Positions 29,835-42,049 of a stretch of DNA of 64,000 bases are shown here, in pieces (within the stretch, counting starts at the first letter, position 1; every line of letters starts with the position of its first letter). The notes beneath the pieces were generated by a model. The model ran no database searches and was not told the origin of the DNA. It saw only the letters and a list, made by a program, of their open reading frames with translations. The position numbers and the translations under genes are program-made. The stretch is from Patescibacteria group bacterium. Lineage in GTDB: Bacteria; Patescibacteriota; JABMPQ01; JAQVVF01. Location: assembly GCA_028699085.1 (NCBI GenBank), contig JAQVVF010000004.1, forward strand, positions 2,143 through 66,142, given 5' to 3'.

Positions 29835-30844
29835 ATTTTGAAACCATCATTATTGGCGCTGGACCAGCTGGGTTATTCGCAGCCAAAACGCTAGCTAAAC
29901 AAAAAAAACAAGTATTGGTCTTAGAAAAAAACTCTGAATTTGGAAAAAAGATCTGTGCAGGCGGTTTGACCCAGAAAGACATTGATTATTTTAAAATCCC
30001 AATTTCAATTTGTGATCAAAGTTTTAATTCTGCTAAACTAGTCATATTTAAAAAAATTGCTTATCTAAACCAAAACGAACCGTATTTATATACTATAGAA
30101 CGAGAAAAACTAGGAGGACATCTTTCAGAGCAAGCAAAACAAGCAGGCGCAATAATAAATACAAATTCAAATGTTATCTCAATAAAAAATAATTCAGTAA
30201 ATACAGATAAAGAACACTATACATTTAAGTATCTAATAGGTGCGGATGGCGCAAATTCTATAGTTCGAAAATTTTTAAGAATACCAACAAATAAAACTCT
30301 AACAACAATGCAAGTCCGAACAAATAAATTGTTCAAAGACTTCGAAATCCAAATTAACACGAAATTATTTGGTCCACATTATGCTTGGATCTTTCCGCAC
30401 AAAAATCACACTCGTTTTGGCACTGCTACTGATCAACAATATTTTTCAATTTCCAAATTAAGAAACAATTTTTTTCTCTGGCTAAAAAAATACAACGTCA
30501 CAGAAAAAGATATTGAGTCATTCCCAATTAATTACGATTTTAAGGGTATGCAATTTAATAACTTTTTCCTAGTTGGCGAAGCCGGTGGTTTTACTAACGG
30601 TTTAACTGGTGAAGGGATTTATAATGCTCTTCTATCAGGTCAAGAAGCTGCAAAAAAGATTATTGACCCAAATTATAACTATAGTATAAGATTTAAAAGA
30701 ATTTTAGAGCAAAAAAAGTTCTGTGAAAAATTTATGAATTTTTACAAAATCAGACCCTTAATTTATTTATTATATAAGTTACTTCCTTTTTATTGCAAAA
30801 ACAAAAATAGAAAATCAAAAATAATCAATTACTTTGCAAACTAA
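29792..30844 (+). CDS. FAD-dependent oxidoreductase, geranylgeranyl reductase family
   Basis: IIGAGPAGLFAA dinucleotide-binding motif, CAGGL, GADGANSIVRK. Confidence 0.6.
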   Translation: MKIYKKMLRLKQMPYFETIIIGAGPAGLFAAKTLAKQKKQVLVLEKNSEFGKKICAGGLTQKDIDYFKIPISICDQSFNSAKLVIFKKIAYLNQNEPYLYTIEREKLGGHLSEQAKQAGAIINTNSNVISIKNNSVNTDKEHYTFKYLIGADGANSIVRKFLRIPTNKTLTTMQVRTNKLFKDFEIQINTKLFGPHYAWIFPHKNHTRFGTATDQQYFSISKLRNNFFLWLKKYNVTEKDIESFPINYDFKGMQFNNFFLVGEAGGFTNGLTGEGIYNALLSGQEAAKKIIDPNYNYSIRFKRILEQKKFCEKFMNFYKIRPLIYLLYKLLPFYCKNKNRKSKIINYFAN

Positions 30845-32805
30845 TGCTACAAAACAGGTTATTTAATATTATTCCATCTATTAAATTACCGCCTGATAAA
30901 AATCAGGTTTTTTCTTATTTATCAAAAGAAAAATTATCTTTAGGTCAAGTTGTTGAGATTCCTTTCCGAGGTAAGAAAATAAAAGGTATTATTTATTCAC
31001 TGAACAATAAAAGTATTCAGGAGCTTGATTTCAAACCAAAAGAGATCATAAAGCAAGTAGAAAACATTTGTTTAACTACTAAACAAATAGAATTAGCAAA
31101 ATGGATTTCAGAATACTATCACACTTCTATTGCATCTGTAATAAAACTAATGCTTCCTCAATTGGTCAATCAAAGAACAAAAGATAAGAATACAAAACTA
31201 GCTACAATTCCTTATCCTAAATTAACAGAACAGCAACAAAAAATTTATGAAAAAATAAATTCAACAAAAAATTTCAGAGTCTTTTTAATTCATGGAGTAA
31301 CAGGCTCTGGCAAAACAGAAATTTATTTAAAATTAATTGAACAACAAATAAAATTAGATAAACAATCAATAGTTTTAGTTCCTGAAATTTCTTTAACACC
31401 TCAAACCATAAATCGATTTTCAGAACATTTTAATCAAGATCAAATTGCCATTTTACATTCAAAATTGTCTGCAGGAGAAAAATTTACACAATGGAAAAAA
31501 ATAAAATCAAACCAAGCAAAGATAATAATCGGACCAAGATCAGCAATCTTTGCACCAATACAAAATCTTGGAATTATCATTATTGACGAAGAACATGATT
31601 CATCTTACAAACAATATGATCAGAATCCTCGCTATCATGCAAGACATGCTGCCATAAAATTAGCAAGTTTATATAACGCAAATGTTGTCCTTGGATCAGC
31701 AACACCAAGCATTGAATCATATCACAACGCTTTCCAAAATATTTATTCACTTCTTAAATTGCCTGCTAGATTCACAGCGAATTCTGTAATGCCAAAAGTA
31801 AAAGTCGTTGATATGAGAGAAGAGTTCAAAAGAAAAAATTTCTCCATATTTTCAGAAAGCCTACAAAAAGAGCTAGAAACAATTATCAAGAATAATCGAC
31901 AAGCTTTGCTCTATATCAATCGTCGCGGTGTAGCAACTTTTGTCAATTGCCGAGATTGTGGCTATGTTGCTACATGCAAAAATTGTGATGTTCCACTTAC
32001 TTTTCATCTATACAAACAAAATTTAAGCTGTCATTACTGTGGCTACACTTTGCCAACTCCAATCTCCTGTCCTAAATGCAAAAGTCCAGCAATAAAATAT
32101 TTCGGAACCGGAACAGAAAAAGTCGAACAAGAGTTGCAAAAAATGTACAAATATGTTAAAATATTCAGGATGGATTCAGACACTACTCGTATCAAACATT
32201 CGCATACTCAAATCTATAATGATTTCAGGCTAAAGAAAGCCAATATCCTTATTGGTACTCAAATGATTACCAAGGGTTGGGATCTCGAAGGAGTTGATCT
32301 AGTTGGCGTAATCTCCTCTGATGTTGGGTTGAACCTTCCAGACTACAAAGCTCAAGAAAAAACTTTTCAACTTCTCACTCAGATAGCCGGAAGAACCGGC
32401 AGAGGAATCAATCCAGGCAAGGTAATTTTTCAAACATACAATCCAGAAAGCTTTGTTATCAAAACAGCAGCTAAACATGATTTTGTAAGTTTTTATAAAA
32501 AAGAGATAAAAAATCGCAAAGAACTTGATTATCCACCTTTTGTAAAATTAATTAAATTAATTTACAAGAATGCAGACCCAGACTTAGCTCAACATGAAGC
32601 ACAAAAATTATTTCAGAAACTTACAGCTTATGATTCGCAAGACATAACTTTACTAGGACCTGCACCATCATTTTTCCAAAAAATACAAGGCCGATATATC
32701 TGGCAAATAATCATCAAGTTTAAAAATCAAAAATTTAAAGATAATATTTTAAAACAAGTTTCAAATGATTGGATCATCGATGTTGATCCAGAAAGTTTAC
32801 TATAA
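30844..32805 (+). CDS. priA: Primosomal protein N' (replication restart helicase)
   Basis: Walker A GVTGSGKTE. DEEHD box. Double CxxC zinc-binding insert (CRDCGY...CKNCD...CHYCG...CPKC). Confidence 0.85.
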   Translation: MLQNRLFNIIPSIKLPPDKNQVFSYLSKEKLSLGQVVEIPFRGKKIKGIIYSLNNKSIQELDFKPKEIIKQVENICLTTKQIELAKWISEYYHTSIASVIKLMLPQLVNQRTKDKNTKLATIPYPKLTEQQQKIYEKINSTKNFRVFLIHGVTGSGKTEIYLKLIEQQIKLDKQSIVLVPEISLTPQTINRFSEHFNQDQIAILHSKLSAGEKFTQWKKIKSNQAKIIIGPRSAIFAPIQNLGIIIIDEEHDSSYKQYDQNPRYHARHAAIKLASLYNANVVLGSATPSIESYHNAFQNIYSLLKLPARFTANSVMPKVKVVDMREEFKRKNFSIFSESLQKELETIIKNNRQALLYINRRGVATFVNCRDCGYVATCKNCDVPLTFHLYKQNLSCHYCGYTLPTPISCPKCKSPAIKYFGTGTEKVEQELQKMYKYVKIFRMDSDTTRIKHSHTQIYNDFRLKKANILIGTQMITKGWDLEGVDLVGVISSDVGLNLPDYKAQEKTFQLLTQIAGRTGRGINPGKVIFQTYNPESFVIKTAAKHDFVSFYKKEIKNRKELDYPPFVKLIKLIYKNADPDLAQHEAQKLFQKLTAYDSQDITLLGPAPSFFQKIQGRYIWQIIIKFKNQKFKDNILKQVSNDWIIDVDPESLL

Positions 32806-32809
32806 AATA

Positions 32810-33241
32810 ATGAAAATAATCACTTATCCAAACGAAATACTTAGAAAAAAAGCTCAAGAAATTGACAATTTTTCGGATATCCAAAAAATTATTCCTGAAT
32901 TCAAAAAAACAATGCTTGAACACGATGGCATAGGTTTAGCTGCTCCGCAAATTGGAAAATCTATCAAAATGATTGCAATTCAAACTAAAGAAGGACCAAA
33001 AATTTTTATTAATCCAAAAATAATTTCAAAATCATTCAAAAAAGAAATCGCTGAAGAAGGATGTCTATCTTTACCAAAAATATTTGGCAAAGTTAAAAGA
33101 GCATACAAAGTTGCTGTAAAATTCCAAAATGAAAAAGGAATCCATTATAAAATTACAGTTAAAGGACTTTATGCTCGCGTTCTCCAACACGAAATAGATC
33201 ATTTAGATGGAATCCTATTTATTGATAAAATTATAAAATAA
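32810..33241 (+). CDS. def: Peptide deformylase
   Basis: GIGLAAPQIG, EGCLS and HEIDHLDG motifs. The start is moved to the internal Met (MKIITYPNEILRK) so that it follows the priA stop. Confidence 0.9.
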   Translation: MKIITYPNEILRKKAQEIDNFSDIQKIIPEFKKTMLEHDGIGLAAPQIGKSIKMIAIQTKEGPKIFINPKIISKSFKKEIAEEGCLSLPKIFGKVKRAYKVAVKFQNEKGIHYKITVKGLYARVLQHEIDHLDGILFIDKIIK

Positions 33242-34180
33242 ATGTTAAAAGATATAAAAACAATTTTTTTTGGAACTCCTGATTTCGCGGTCCCAACATT
33301 GAACATGTTGTTAAAAGAAACAAACATAATTGCTGTTATTACTCAGCCCGATAAAAAAGTTGGCCGTAAACAAATTATTCTGCCTTCCCCAATAAAAAAA
33401 GTTACAGTTAAAAATAACATCAAAATTCTTCAGCCTCAAAAAATAAAAGACAACAAAGATTTCATTAATCAGATCAAGGATCTTAATCCTGATATTATTA
33501 TTGTTGCTGCTTATGGAAAAATAATTCCGAAAGAAATTCTAGATCTGCCAAAATATGGCTGTATAAATATTCATGCCTCATTATTGCCTAAATATCGAGG
33601 TGCTTCTCCAATTCAGACAGCAATATTTAATGGCGAAAAAGAAACCGGTATTACAATTATGGTTATGAACGAAAAAATGGACGAAGGAGACATAATTGCG
33701 CAAATATCTGAAAAAATATATAATTATGATACCTCAGAAAGCTTGCACAATCGTCTATCAAAAATTGGAGCAAAATTCCTTCTAAAAATTTTACCAGATT
33801 ACATTAACAAAAAAATTACACCAAGACCTCAAGATAATAAACTAGCTACCTATACAAAAATTATCCAAAAAGAAGATGGCAAAATCAATTGGCAACAGGA
33901 TGCCAACAAAATCCTACGTCAAATAAATGCTTTTACTCCTTGGCCATCAGCATACACTTTCATAGGTCAAAAACGTTTTAAAATAATACAAGCAGAAGCT
34001 ATAAATCAGAATCCAAAAAGACAAGAAGGGACAACATTTATTTACGAAAATAAAATTGCCATCGCCTGCCAAAACAGCATTTTACTAATCAAAAAATGGC
34101 AACCAGAAGGAAAAAAAGAAATTTTAACAACAGATTATCTGTTTGGAAATAAAAATATTATAAATAAAATAGCAATCTAA
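33242..34180 (+). CDS. fmt: Methionyl-tRNA formyltransferase
   Basis: FFGTPDFAVPTL N-terminus and formyltransferase core (NIHASLLPKYRGASPI). Confidence 0.9.
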   Translation: MLKDIKTIFFGTPDFAVPTLNMLLKETNIIAVITQPDKKVGRKQIILPSPIKKVTVKNNIKILQPQKIKDNKDFINQIKDLNPDIIIVAAYGKIIPKEILDLPKYGCINIHASLLPKYRGASPIQTAIFNGEKETGITIMVMNEKMDEGDIIAQISEKIYNYDTSESLHNRLSKIGAKFLLKILPDYINKKITPRPQDNKLATYTKIIQKEDGKINWQQDANKILRQINAFTPWPSAYTFIGQKRFKIIQAEAINQNPKRQEGTTFIYENKIAIACQNSILLIKKWQPEGKKEILTTDYLFGNKNIINKIAI

Positions 34181-34990
34181 ATGTCTGAAACAAGACAAAA
34201 TGATAAAAAAGAGACAATAATGCTTATTTTTGCCGTTATAATTGTTGTTGGCGGCATGATCGCTTTTTTTGTTAAACCACAATGGAAAATTGATGTTAAA
34301 CCTATTAAAACCAATCAATCTTCCAATCTTAATGAAACAGGATCAACAATCCCTACGATTACTTCTTCTGAATTAAAAGATAAAATTGACAATCAAGAAA
34401 ATATTTATATTTTAGATGTTCAAAGCGAAGAAAACTATTTAACAAAACATATTCCAGGAGCAATCAACATTCCATATGAGCAATTAGAAGCAAGAATAAA
34501 AGAAGTTCCTAATAATAAAGAAATCATTATCTCCTGTACAAATAATAATACCTGTCAAACCTCAACAAAAGCTGCAGAATTATTATCTTCAAAAGGATTA
34601 AAAAATATAAAAGATTTTAAAGACGGAGTCAATGGATGGGAAGATCAAGATTATCCTATAATCTCTGGATTCGAAGCAATTTATAAAAGCATAAATGCAG
34701 ATCAACTCAAACAAAAAATTGATAACCAAGAAGACATTACCGTTCTAGACATTCGAGAAAAAGAAGATTATGACAAATCACATATAAAAAACGCAATTCA
34801 TATACCTTTTGAAGAAGTAGCAAATAGAATAAAAGAACTTCCAAGAAATAAAGAACTAATTATCTACGACGAAACTGGAAACCGAAGCAAATTAATAGTT
34901 GAAAGTCTAACAAAAAAAGGCTTTACGCAAGCGATTAACTTAATCAATGGCTACCCAGAATGGCAAAACAAAAACTATCCAATTGAATAA
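34181..34990 (+). CDS. Membrane-anchored tandem rhodanese-like domain protein
   Basis: N-terminal TM helix. Two rhodanese-fold repeats. The second active-site position is D (IIYDETGNRS), so it is likely non-catalytic. Confidence 0.6.
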   Translation: MSETRQNDKKETIMLIFAVIIVVGGMIAFFVKPQWKIDVKPIKTNQSSNLNETGSTIPTITSSELKDKIDNQENIYILDVQSEENYLTKHIPGAINIPYEQLEARIKEVPNNKEIIISCTNNNTCQTSTKAAELLSSKGLKNIKDFKDGVNGWEDQDYPIISGFEAIYKSINADQLKQKIDNQEDITVLDIREKEDYDKSHIKNAIHIPFEEVANRIKELPRNKELIIYDETGNRSKLIVESLTKKGFTQAINLINGYPEWQNKNYPIE

Positions 34991-35008
34991 AAATAAATAA
35001 TATCTAAA

Positions 35009-35040
35009 CAAAAAAAACCTCAATCACGAGGTTTTTTTAA
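35009..35040. terminator. Bidirectional terminator between rhodanese gene (+) and ahcY (-)
   Basis: AAAAAAAACCTC-aatcac-GAGGTTTTTTT. Confidence 0.6.
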
Positions 35041-35065
35041 TTTTAAATTTTTAATTTTGAATTTT

Positions 35066-37257
<2,192 letters not shown>

Positions 37258-37316
37258 AAATATAATTTTACTAATACAAAATAACTTTTTCTCGAGACAT
37301 CACAATCTTTAAATAG

Positions 37317-38072
37317 CTATCTTGTGCACTTTTTAATTATTTTTTTAGCTTTATCACCAACTGTTATCTTTAACTTATTATTGCCAATATATTGCAATAA
37401 ACACAACTTTTGTCTTTCTTCCAATTCATATCTTTTTAAACCTCTTTTATTAAGAATATCCTTTATTTCAATAGGCAAGGCAAAATTTAATTGATTAACA
37501 GAATAAAAAGTTCGCCTTGATATTTCTTTTATAATCAAATCCATAGAATGATCAACTATAATTTTTATCTCTGCCACAAGACTTTCAAAATAACCTGGTT
37601 TTTGTCTAGATTTAAGAAGATTTTCTTTAGAATCTGACATTTTTTCTCTGAACTCAAGAATCAATATATTCGGCACTGTTAATAAATCAGCCCATTCAGC
37701 TTCTATCTTATACAATTGATGCAATAACTTAACTATTTCTTGATTACCTTTCTTATTTAATTTTAATTTATGAACCTTAGACGTCATCTTTTTTATCTCT
37801 TTTGCTTTCTTTTCAATCTGTCTTAATAATTCAATACTGTATTTAGGCTTTTTTTCAATTAGACTATTTAATACAGATAGCGTTCTTTCAAAATTTTCTT
37901 TTTTCCAATAAAATATTCCATTCCCTTCTTTAATAACTGCATAAGCATTTTTAAAAAAAAATTTTATTCTTCTATTTCTGTTTTTACCAATCGAAAAACC
38001 TAATACAATAGGACAAAACTGTAATAAGTTAGTTTTTTCAAATTTTCTATAAATTTTATATATCTTTTTCAT
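37317..38072 (-). CDS. Hypothetical protein
   Basis: 251-aa Lys-rich ORF with no recognisable motif. Coding is assumed from length and operon position. Confidence 0.3.
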   Translation of the reverse strand: MKKIYKIYRKFEKTNLLQFCPIVLGFSIGKNRNRRIKFFFKNAYAVIKEGNGIFYWKKENFERTLSVLNSLIEKKPKYSIELLRQIEKKAKEIKKMTSKVHKLKLNKKGNQEIVKLLHQLYKIEAEWADLLTVPNILILEFREKMSDSKENLLKSRQKPGYFESLVAEIKIIVDHSMDLIIKEISRRTFYSVNQLNFALPIEIKDILNKRGLKRYELEERQKLCLLQYIGNNKLKITVGDKAKKIIKKCTR

Positions 38073-38192
38073 TTTCTTGCACCTAATAATTAATCTCTTT
38101 CCAAAAAAATGCTTTAAGAAAGTCGTATCTTATGTTAAACTCATTATATAATATCTACGTTTCTAGTAAATACCTTTTTAAAGCCAAAAAAT

Positions 38193-38918
38193 ATGGTTAG
38201 CATTGTTTTACCGACCTATAATGAAGTCGATAATTTCAAAAAAATAGTTCGCGAAATATTAACTGTTTTTCGAGATAATAATATTAATGGCAATATTATT
38301 ATTGTTGATGACAACTCTCCTGATCAAACAGGAGTAATGGCCCAAAGACTAAGTGAAAATATGCCCAAAACGCTCTATGTAATCAACAGAGAAGCAAAAA
38401 TGGGATTAGGATCCGCATATATCGCTGGATTTAAAAAAGCACTCTTCTTGGGCGCTGATTATATTTTTGAAATGGATGCTGACTTTTCTCACAATCCGCA
38501 TAGCATCCCCAGTTTTTTAAAGGCAATGAAAGATTCAGATCTAGTTATTGGCTCTCGTTATATTAATGGCGGCTCAACTAAAAATTGGGAACTTTATCGA
38601 AAATTAATTAGTCGATTTGGAACATTATATGCTAAAACAATCCTAAAACTTGAAATTAATGATCTTACTTCCGGATTTCGTTGCTATAAACGCCAAGTTT
38701 TAGAAAAAATCAACCTTGATCAAATTCAGTCTGATGGTTATTCTTTCCAAATTGAAATGGCTTTTAAAACAAAATTAGCAGGCTTTAAAATAAAAGAAAT
38801 ACCAATTGTCTTTGCTGATCGCAAAAATGGTATTTCAAAATTCTCTAAAAAGATATTTTGGGAAGCATTTACTGTTGTGTGGAAATTAAGATTTCAAAAT
38901 AAGGAAATAAAAAACTAA
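38193..38918 (+). CDS. Polyprenol-phosphate mannose/hexose synthase (GT2, Dpm1-like)
   Basis: VSIVLPTYNEVDN...IIVDDNSPDQTG and DADFSHNP motifs typical of Dpm1/Ppm1. Would supply donor for GT-C enzymes. Confidence 0.75.
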   Translation: MVSIVLPTYNEVDNFKKIVREILTVFRDNNINGNIIIVDDNSPDQTGVMAQRLSENMPKTLYVINREAKMGLGSAYIAGFKKALFLGADYIFEMDADFSHNPHSIPSFLKAMKDSDLVIGSRYINGGSTKNWELYRKLISRFGTLYAKTILKLEINDLTSGFRCYKRQVLEKINLDQIQSDGYSFQIEMAFKTKLAGFKIKEIPIVFADRKNGISKFSKKIFWEAFTVVWKLRFQNKEIKN

Positions 38919-39427
38919 TCTATCATTGCTAACAAATTGCCACATTTTTCGCATAACTTTGCTTCCTTAAGATCAGTATCAAGAATATTATTAGAAAAAT
39001 GCATTGGACATTTTTTATCTGGGCAATGGGATAATCCAAAATTATGGCCTAATTCGTGGATTGACTCTTTCAAAACCCTATTTGCAAATAATTTTTTATC
39101 CTTATCATGCAATCTAAATGTCGAAACAATGCTTTGTCTGCCTGGACAATCGCCTTGTCCAAAAATATAATTATATTCCAAAGCATATAGATCTTTATCA
39201 GTTACTATTAAAATTTTCTCCAAATCCTCAAATTCAATTTTCTGCATATCTAATAAAATTTTTTCTGCATCATATTGTTTCTTCTCTGGATTAAAAGCAA
39301 AATCAGGCACATCAACTGGCCCGATTTTTTTTATCCGAAAGTCAAAAATTTTCTGTAAGCCATTTTCAAAACCTATCCAATCAAAATTATCAACCTTGCC
39401 AGCTTCAAGAACATAAACACTATTCAT
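38915..39427 (-). CDS. Archaemetzincin-like zinc metalloprotease
   Basis: HELGHNFGLSHCPDKKCPMHFSNN...CEKCGN matches the archaemetzincin HExxHxxGxxHCx4CxMx17CxxC signature. Confidence 0.7.
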   Translation of the reverse strand: MNSVYVLEAGKVDNFDWIGFENGLQKIFDFRIKKIGPVDVPDFAFNPEKKQYDAEKILLDMQKIEFEDLEKILIVTDKDLYALEYNYIFGQGDCPGRQSIVSTFRLHDKDKKLFANRVLKESIHELGHNFGLSHCPDKKCPMHFSNNILDTDLKEAKLCEKCGNLLAMID

Positions 39428-39436
39428 AAAAATTAT

Positions 39437-42001
39437 TTATTGCTTCATATTATCAATATCCATCAAAGTAATTGTATACTCACTTCCTCTTTTAATCTCA
39501 CCAGTTAACATTTTCTTTGCCAAAATATTTTCAACATAATTTTGTATTGTACGCATGATTGGTCTTGCGCCCATCAAAGGATCAAAACCAAGCTCTGCCA
39601 ATCTCTCAATCCCAGGCTCATCAACTCTCAAAAAGATCCCTTTTTCTTGCTCTAATCTTTTGACTAATTTGCCTAACAACATCTTTGTAATTTGCAAAAC
39701 ATGCTCTTTTTCCAAAGGCTTAAAATATACAACAGAAGTAAATCTATTCAAAAATTCTGGCCTAAATATTCCTTCTGCTTGCAAATAATTAATTAGCCTT
39801 TCTTTTAATACAACTGGATCAAGATGTTGTTTTATTCCTTCTTGAATTAAATTAGCACCAGCATTAGAGGTTGCAATAATCATTGCATTATTAAATTTTA
39901 CTTTTCTGCCCAAAGAATCAGTTAGCCATCCTTCATCTAGCATTTGCAAAAACAAATTTAAAATATCTTTATGCGCTTTTTCAATTTCATCAAATAATAT
40001 AACTGTAAAAGGATTATCTTTTACTGCATTTGTTAATTCTCCGCCAGCTTTGGCTTCAGGAGTACCTGGAGGAGGTCCAATCAAACGGTAAACGCCAGAT
40101 AAATCTTGATATTCCGACATATCAAAACGAATCATTGATTTTTCTGAACCAAAATATGCTTCTGCCAATGCTTTTGTAGTTTCAGTTTTTCCAACACCAG
40201 TCGGACCTAAAAATAAAAAACTACCAACTGGCTTATTTCCTGCTTCAACACCAGACCTAGCCCTTCTTAATGCATTAGAAACAACTTTAATCGCCTCCTC
40301 TTGATCAACTACTCGCTTGTGCAAAAAATCCTCTAGATGCAATAACAATTGTTTTTCCGCACCTTCAGCCTCGCCAATCGGTGCCTTAACTTTTTTCTTC
40401 ATTAATGTCTCCACATGTCTCGGCAATACGATTGTTCCTCGACCAAATGCAGATGCAAATACGATTACTTCATTCAATAAATCAATTGCCTTTTCCGGAA
40501 AAGGCTTTGAATACAAAAATTGATCAGCTAATTTGTAAATCGATTTTAAAGCTGGATAACTCATAATTACTCCTCCTTGAGATTCTAACTTTGGAGCTAA
40601 GTCTTCTAGAATTCTTAGGGTTGTATTCTCATTTGGTTCAGCTATATCCAGAATCTCAAATTTGTCAGAAACTGCTGATCTTGTTTCTATGTATTGATGA
40701 AAGTCATCAGAATTTGCCGTTGAAACAAAATATAAATTTGGATTTTCCAAAAATGGCACTAAGACTTGAGAAGCATCAATTGATCCAACCTTTCCTTCTC
40801 CACTTCCAAATAACTTTTGGATATTATCAATAAACAAAACAATATTTCCTGCAACAACAGAATCAGACATTACGGCCTCTAGTCTTTCTATAATCTCGCC
40901 TGGAGTCTGCGCTCCTGCCAACAGCCTATCGACATCCAATTCAATCAGTCTTTTATTAGCCAAACTAGAATATGTAGTTCCTTCTAAAATTCTTTTTGCC
41001 AAACCCAAAACAACAGTTCTTTTACCAACGCCAGGAGCGCCAACTAAAATTATATTGTGATGAGTTGCTCGAACAAGGACATCCTCAATTTGATTAATAT
41101 CTTTTTCATGACCAATAATATGAAAAGAAAGCGCACCTCTCAATATTTCATCCGTTAAATCATGGCCAAACGCTCTTAAAGCTCTCGTGTAGCCATAAGC
41201 CCATTCTCTACCGATGCCACCTTTTCTTTTTATCTTGTCTGGATCAAAATTCTTCTCTTTTCTAAATTTATAAAAAGATGTTTCCCAATGGACAATATTA
41301 GCAATGTCTTCAATTTTCAAATTCAAATCAAACAAAATCTTTTTCATTAAAGGATCAAGAACAGACAATACAACGAAAACATCACCACAGCTAACTATTT
41401 CATGCCCCTCTAAATAACCCACTTCCAAAGCTTTTTCCAATATTTGTGATAAATCAACATATCCTTTTGATTTTCCTGATGCATATTTTTCAACATGTTT
41501 TTCTAAATCTATAACGCTTAAACCAGTACGATTGACAATAAATCTTATTGATTTTACTTTCAACAATTCCAATAGTAAATCAGAAGAATTAACCATGTTA
41601 TTCTTTTTGTCTTCACTCTTCTTCAAGGCATTAGAAATCGCAATCGCTAAATTTATTGACACAAAATCAGCCAGATTTATGTTTCCATTTTTCTTCGCAA
41701 TATCCAAAGCATCTTTTAAGGAAATTATTGGCTTTACATTTTTTACTCCAGATTCATAAAAAATATGGAATGACAGATAGAATAAAGAAATAGCTAGACT
41801 AATAATCGCCAATCCTAACATCCTACTATTAAAATTCAAATTATATAAACTTGAAAAATTATACAAAATGACAAATGCAAAAGAACATATTCCAAGTAAA
41901 TATACAAAAAAAGATAATATTTTAAATATAAAAACTCTTAAGAATTTTACTAATCTTGAATATCTAAAAATTTTAGATTTTCCTTCATCAAATACAATCA
42001 T
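39437..42001 (-). CDS. Membrane-anchored Clp/Hsp100-family double AAA+ ATPase (no M-domain, degenerate D1 Walker B)
   Basis: Two N-terminal TM helices and a Clp_N-like repeat region. D1 Walker A GAPGVGKRT with Walker B VLFIDNIQ (N replaces the catalytic E). D2 Walker A GPTGVGKTE with intact Walker B ILFDEIEKAH. Sensor/arginine-finger regions present. No coiled-coil M-domain and no IGF loop. Confidence 0.8.
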   Translation of the reverse strand: MIVFDEGKSKIFRYSRLVKFLRVFIFKILSFFVYLLGICSFAFVILYNFSSLYNLNFNSRMLGLAIISLAISLFYLSFHIFYESGVKNVKPIISLKDALDIAKKNGNINLADFVSINLAIAISNALKKSEDKKNNMVNSSDLLLELLKVKSIRFIVNRTGLSVIDLEKHVEKYASGKSKGYVDLSQILEKALEVGYLEGHEIVSCGDVFVVLSVLDPLMKKILFDLNLKIEDIANIVHWETSFYKFRKEKNFDPDKIKRKGGIGREWAYGYTRALRAFGHDLTDEILRGALSFHIIGHEKDINQIEDVLVRATHHNIILVGAPGVGKRTVVLGLAKRILEGTTYSSLANKRLIELDVDRLLAGAQTPGEIIERLEAVMSDSVVAGNIVLFIDNIQKLFGSGEGKVGSIDASQVLVPFLENPNLYFVSTANSDDFHQYIETRSAVSDKFEILDIAEPNENTTLRILEDLAPKLESQGGVIMSYPALKSIYKLADQFLYSKPFPEKAIDLLNEVIVFASAFGRGTIVLPRHVETLMKKKVKAPIGEAEGAEKQLLLHLEDFLHKRVVDQEEAIKVVSNALRRARSGVEAGNKPVGSFLFLGPTGVGKTETTKALAEAYFGSEKSMIRFDMSEYQDLSGVYRLIGPPPGTPEAKAGGELTNAVKDNPFTVILFDEIEKAHKDILNLFLQMLDEGWLTDSLGRKVKFNNAMIIATSNAGANLIQEGIKQHLDPVVLKERLINYLQAEGIFRPEFLNRFTSVVYFKPLEKEHVLQITKMLLGKLVKRLEQEKGIFLRVDEPGIERLAELGFDPLMGARPIMRTIQNYVENILAKKMLTGEIKRGSEYTITLMDIDNMKQ

Positions 42002-42049
42002 TTTTATTTTTTAATTATAACTTTTAATTTTTTACTTTTTACTTTTACC
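42002..42049 (-). promoter_or_regulatory. Related array of 7-nt-periodic GTAAAAA heptads immediately upstream of the Clp ATPase gene (minus strand)
   Basis: Minus-strand read: GGTAAAA GTAAAAA GTAAAAA ATTAAAA GTTATAA TTAAAAA ATAAAA, then the ATG. Shares GGTAAAAGT, GTAAAAAGTAAAAAAT and GTTATAA with the 55270-55335 element. Confidence 0.4.

Noticed and set aside
32765-32809. First 15 codons of the def ORF overlapping priA
   Set aside because: Peptide deformylase homology begins at MKIITYPNEILRK. The upstream extension overlaps the priA C-terminus and looks like read-through of the frame rather than coding sequence.
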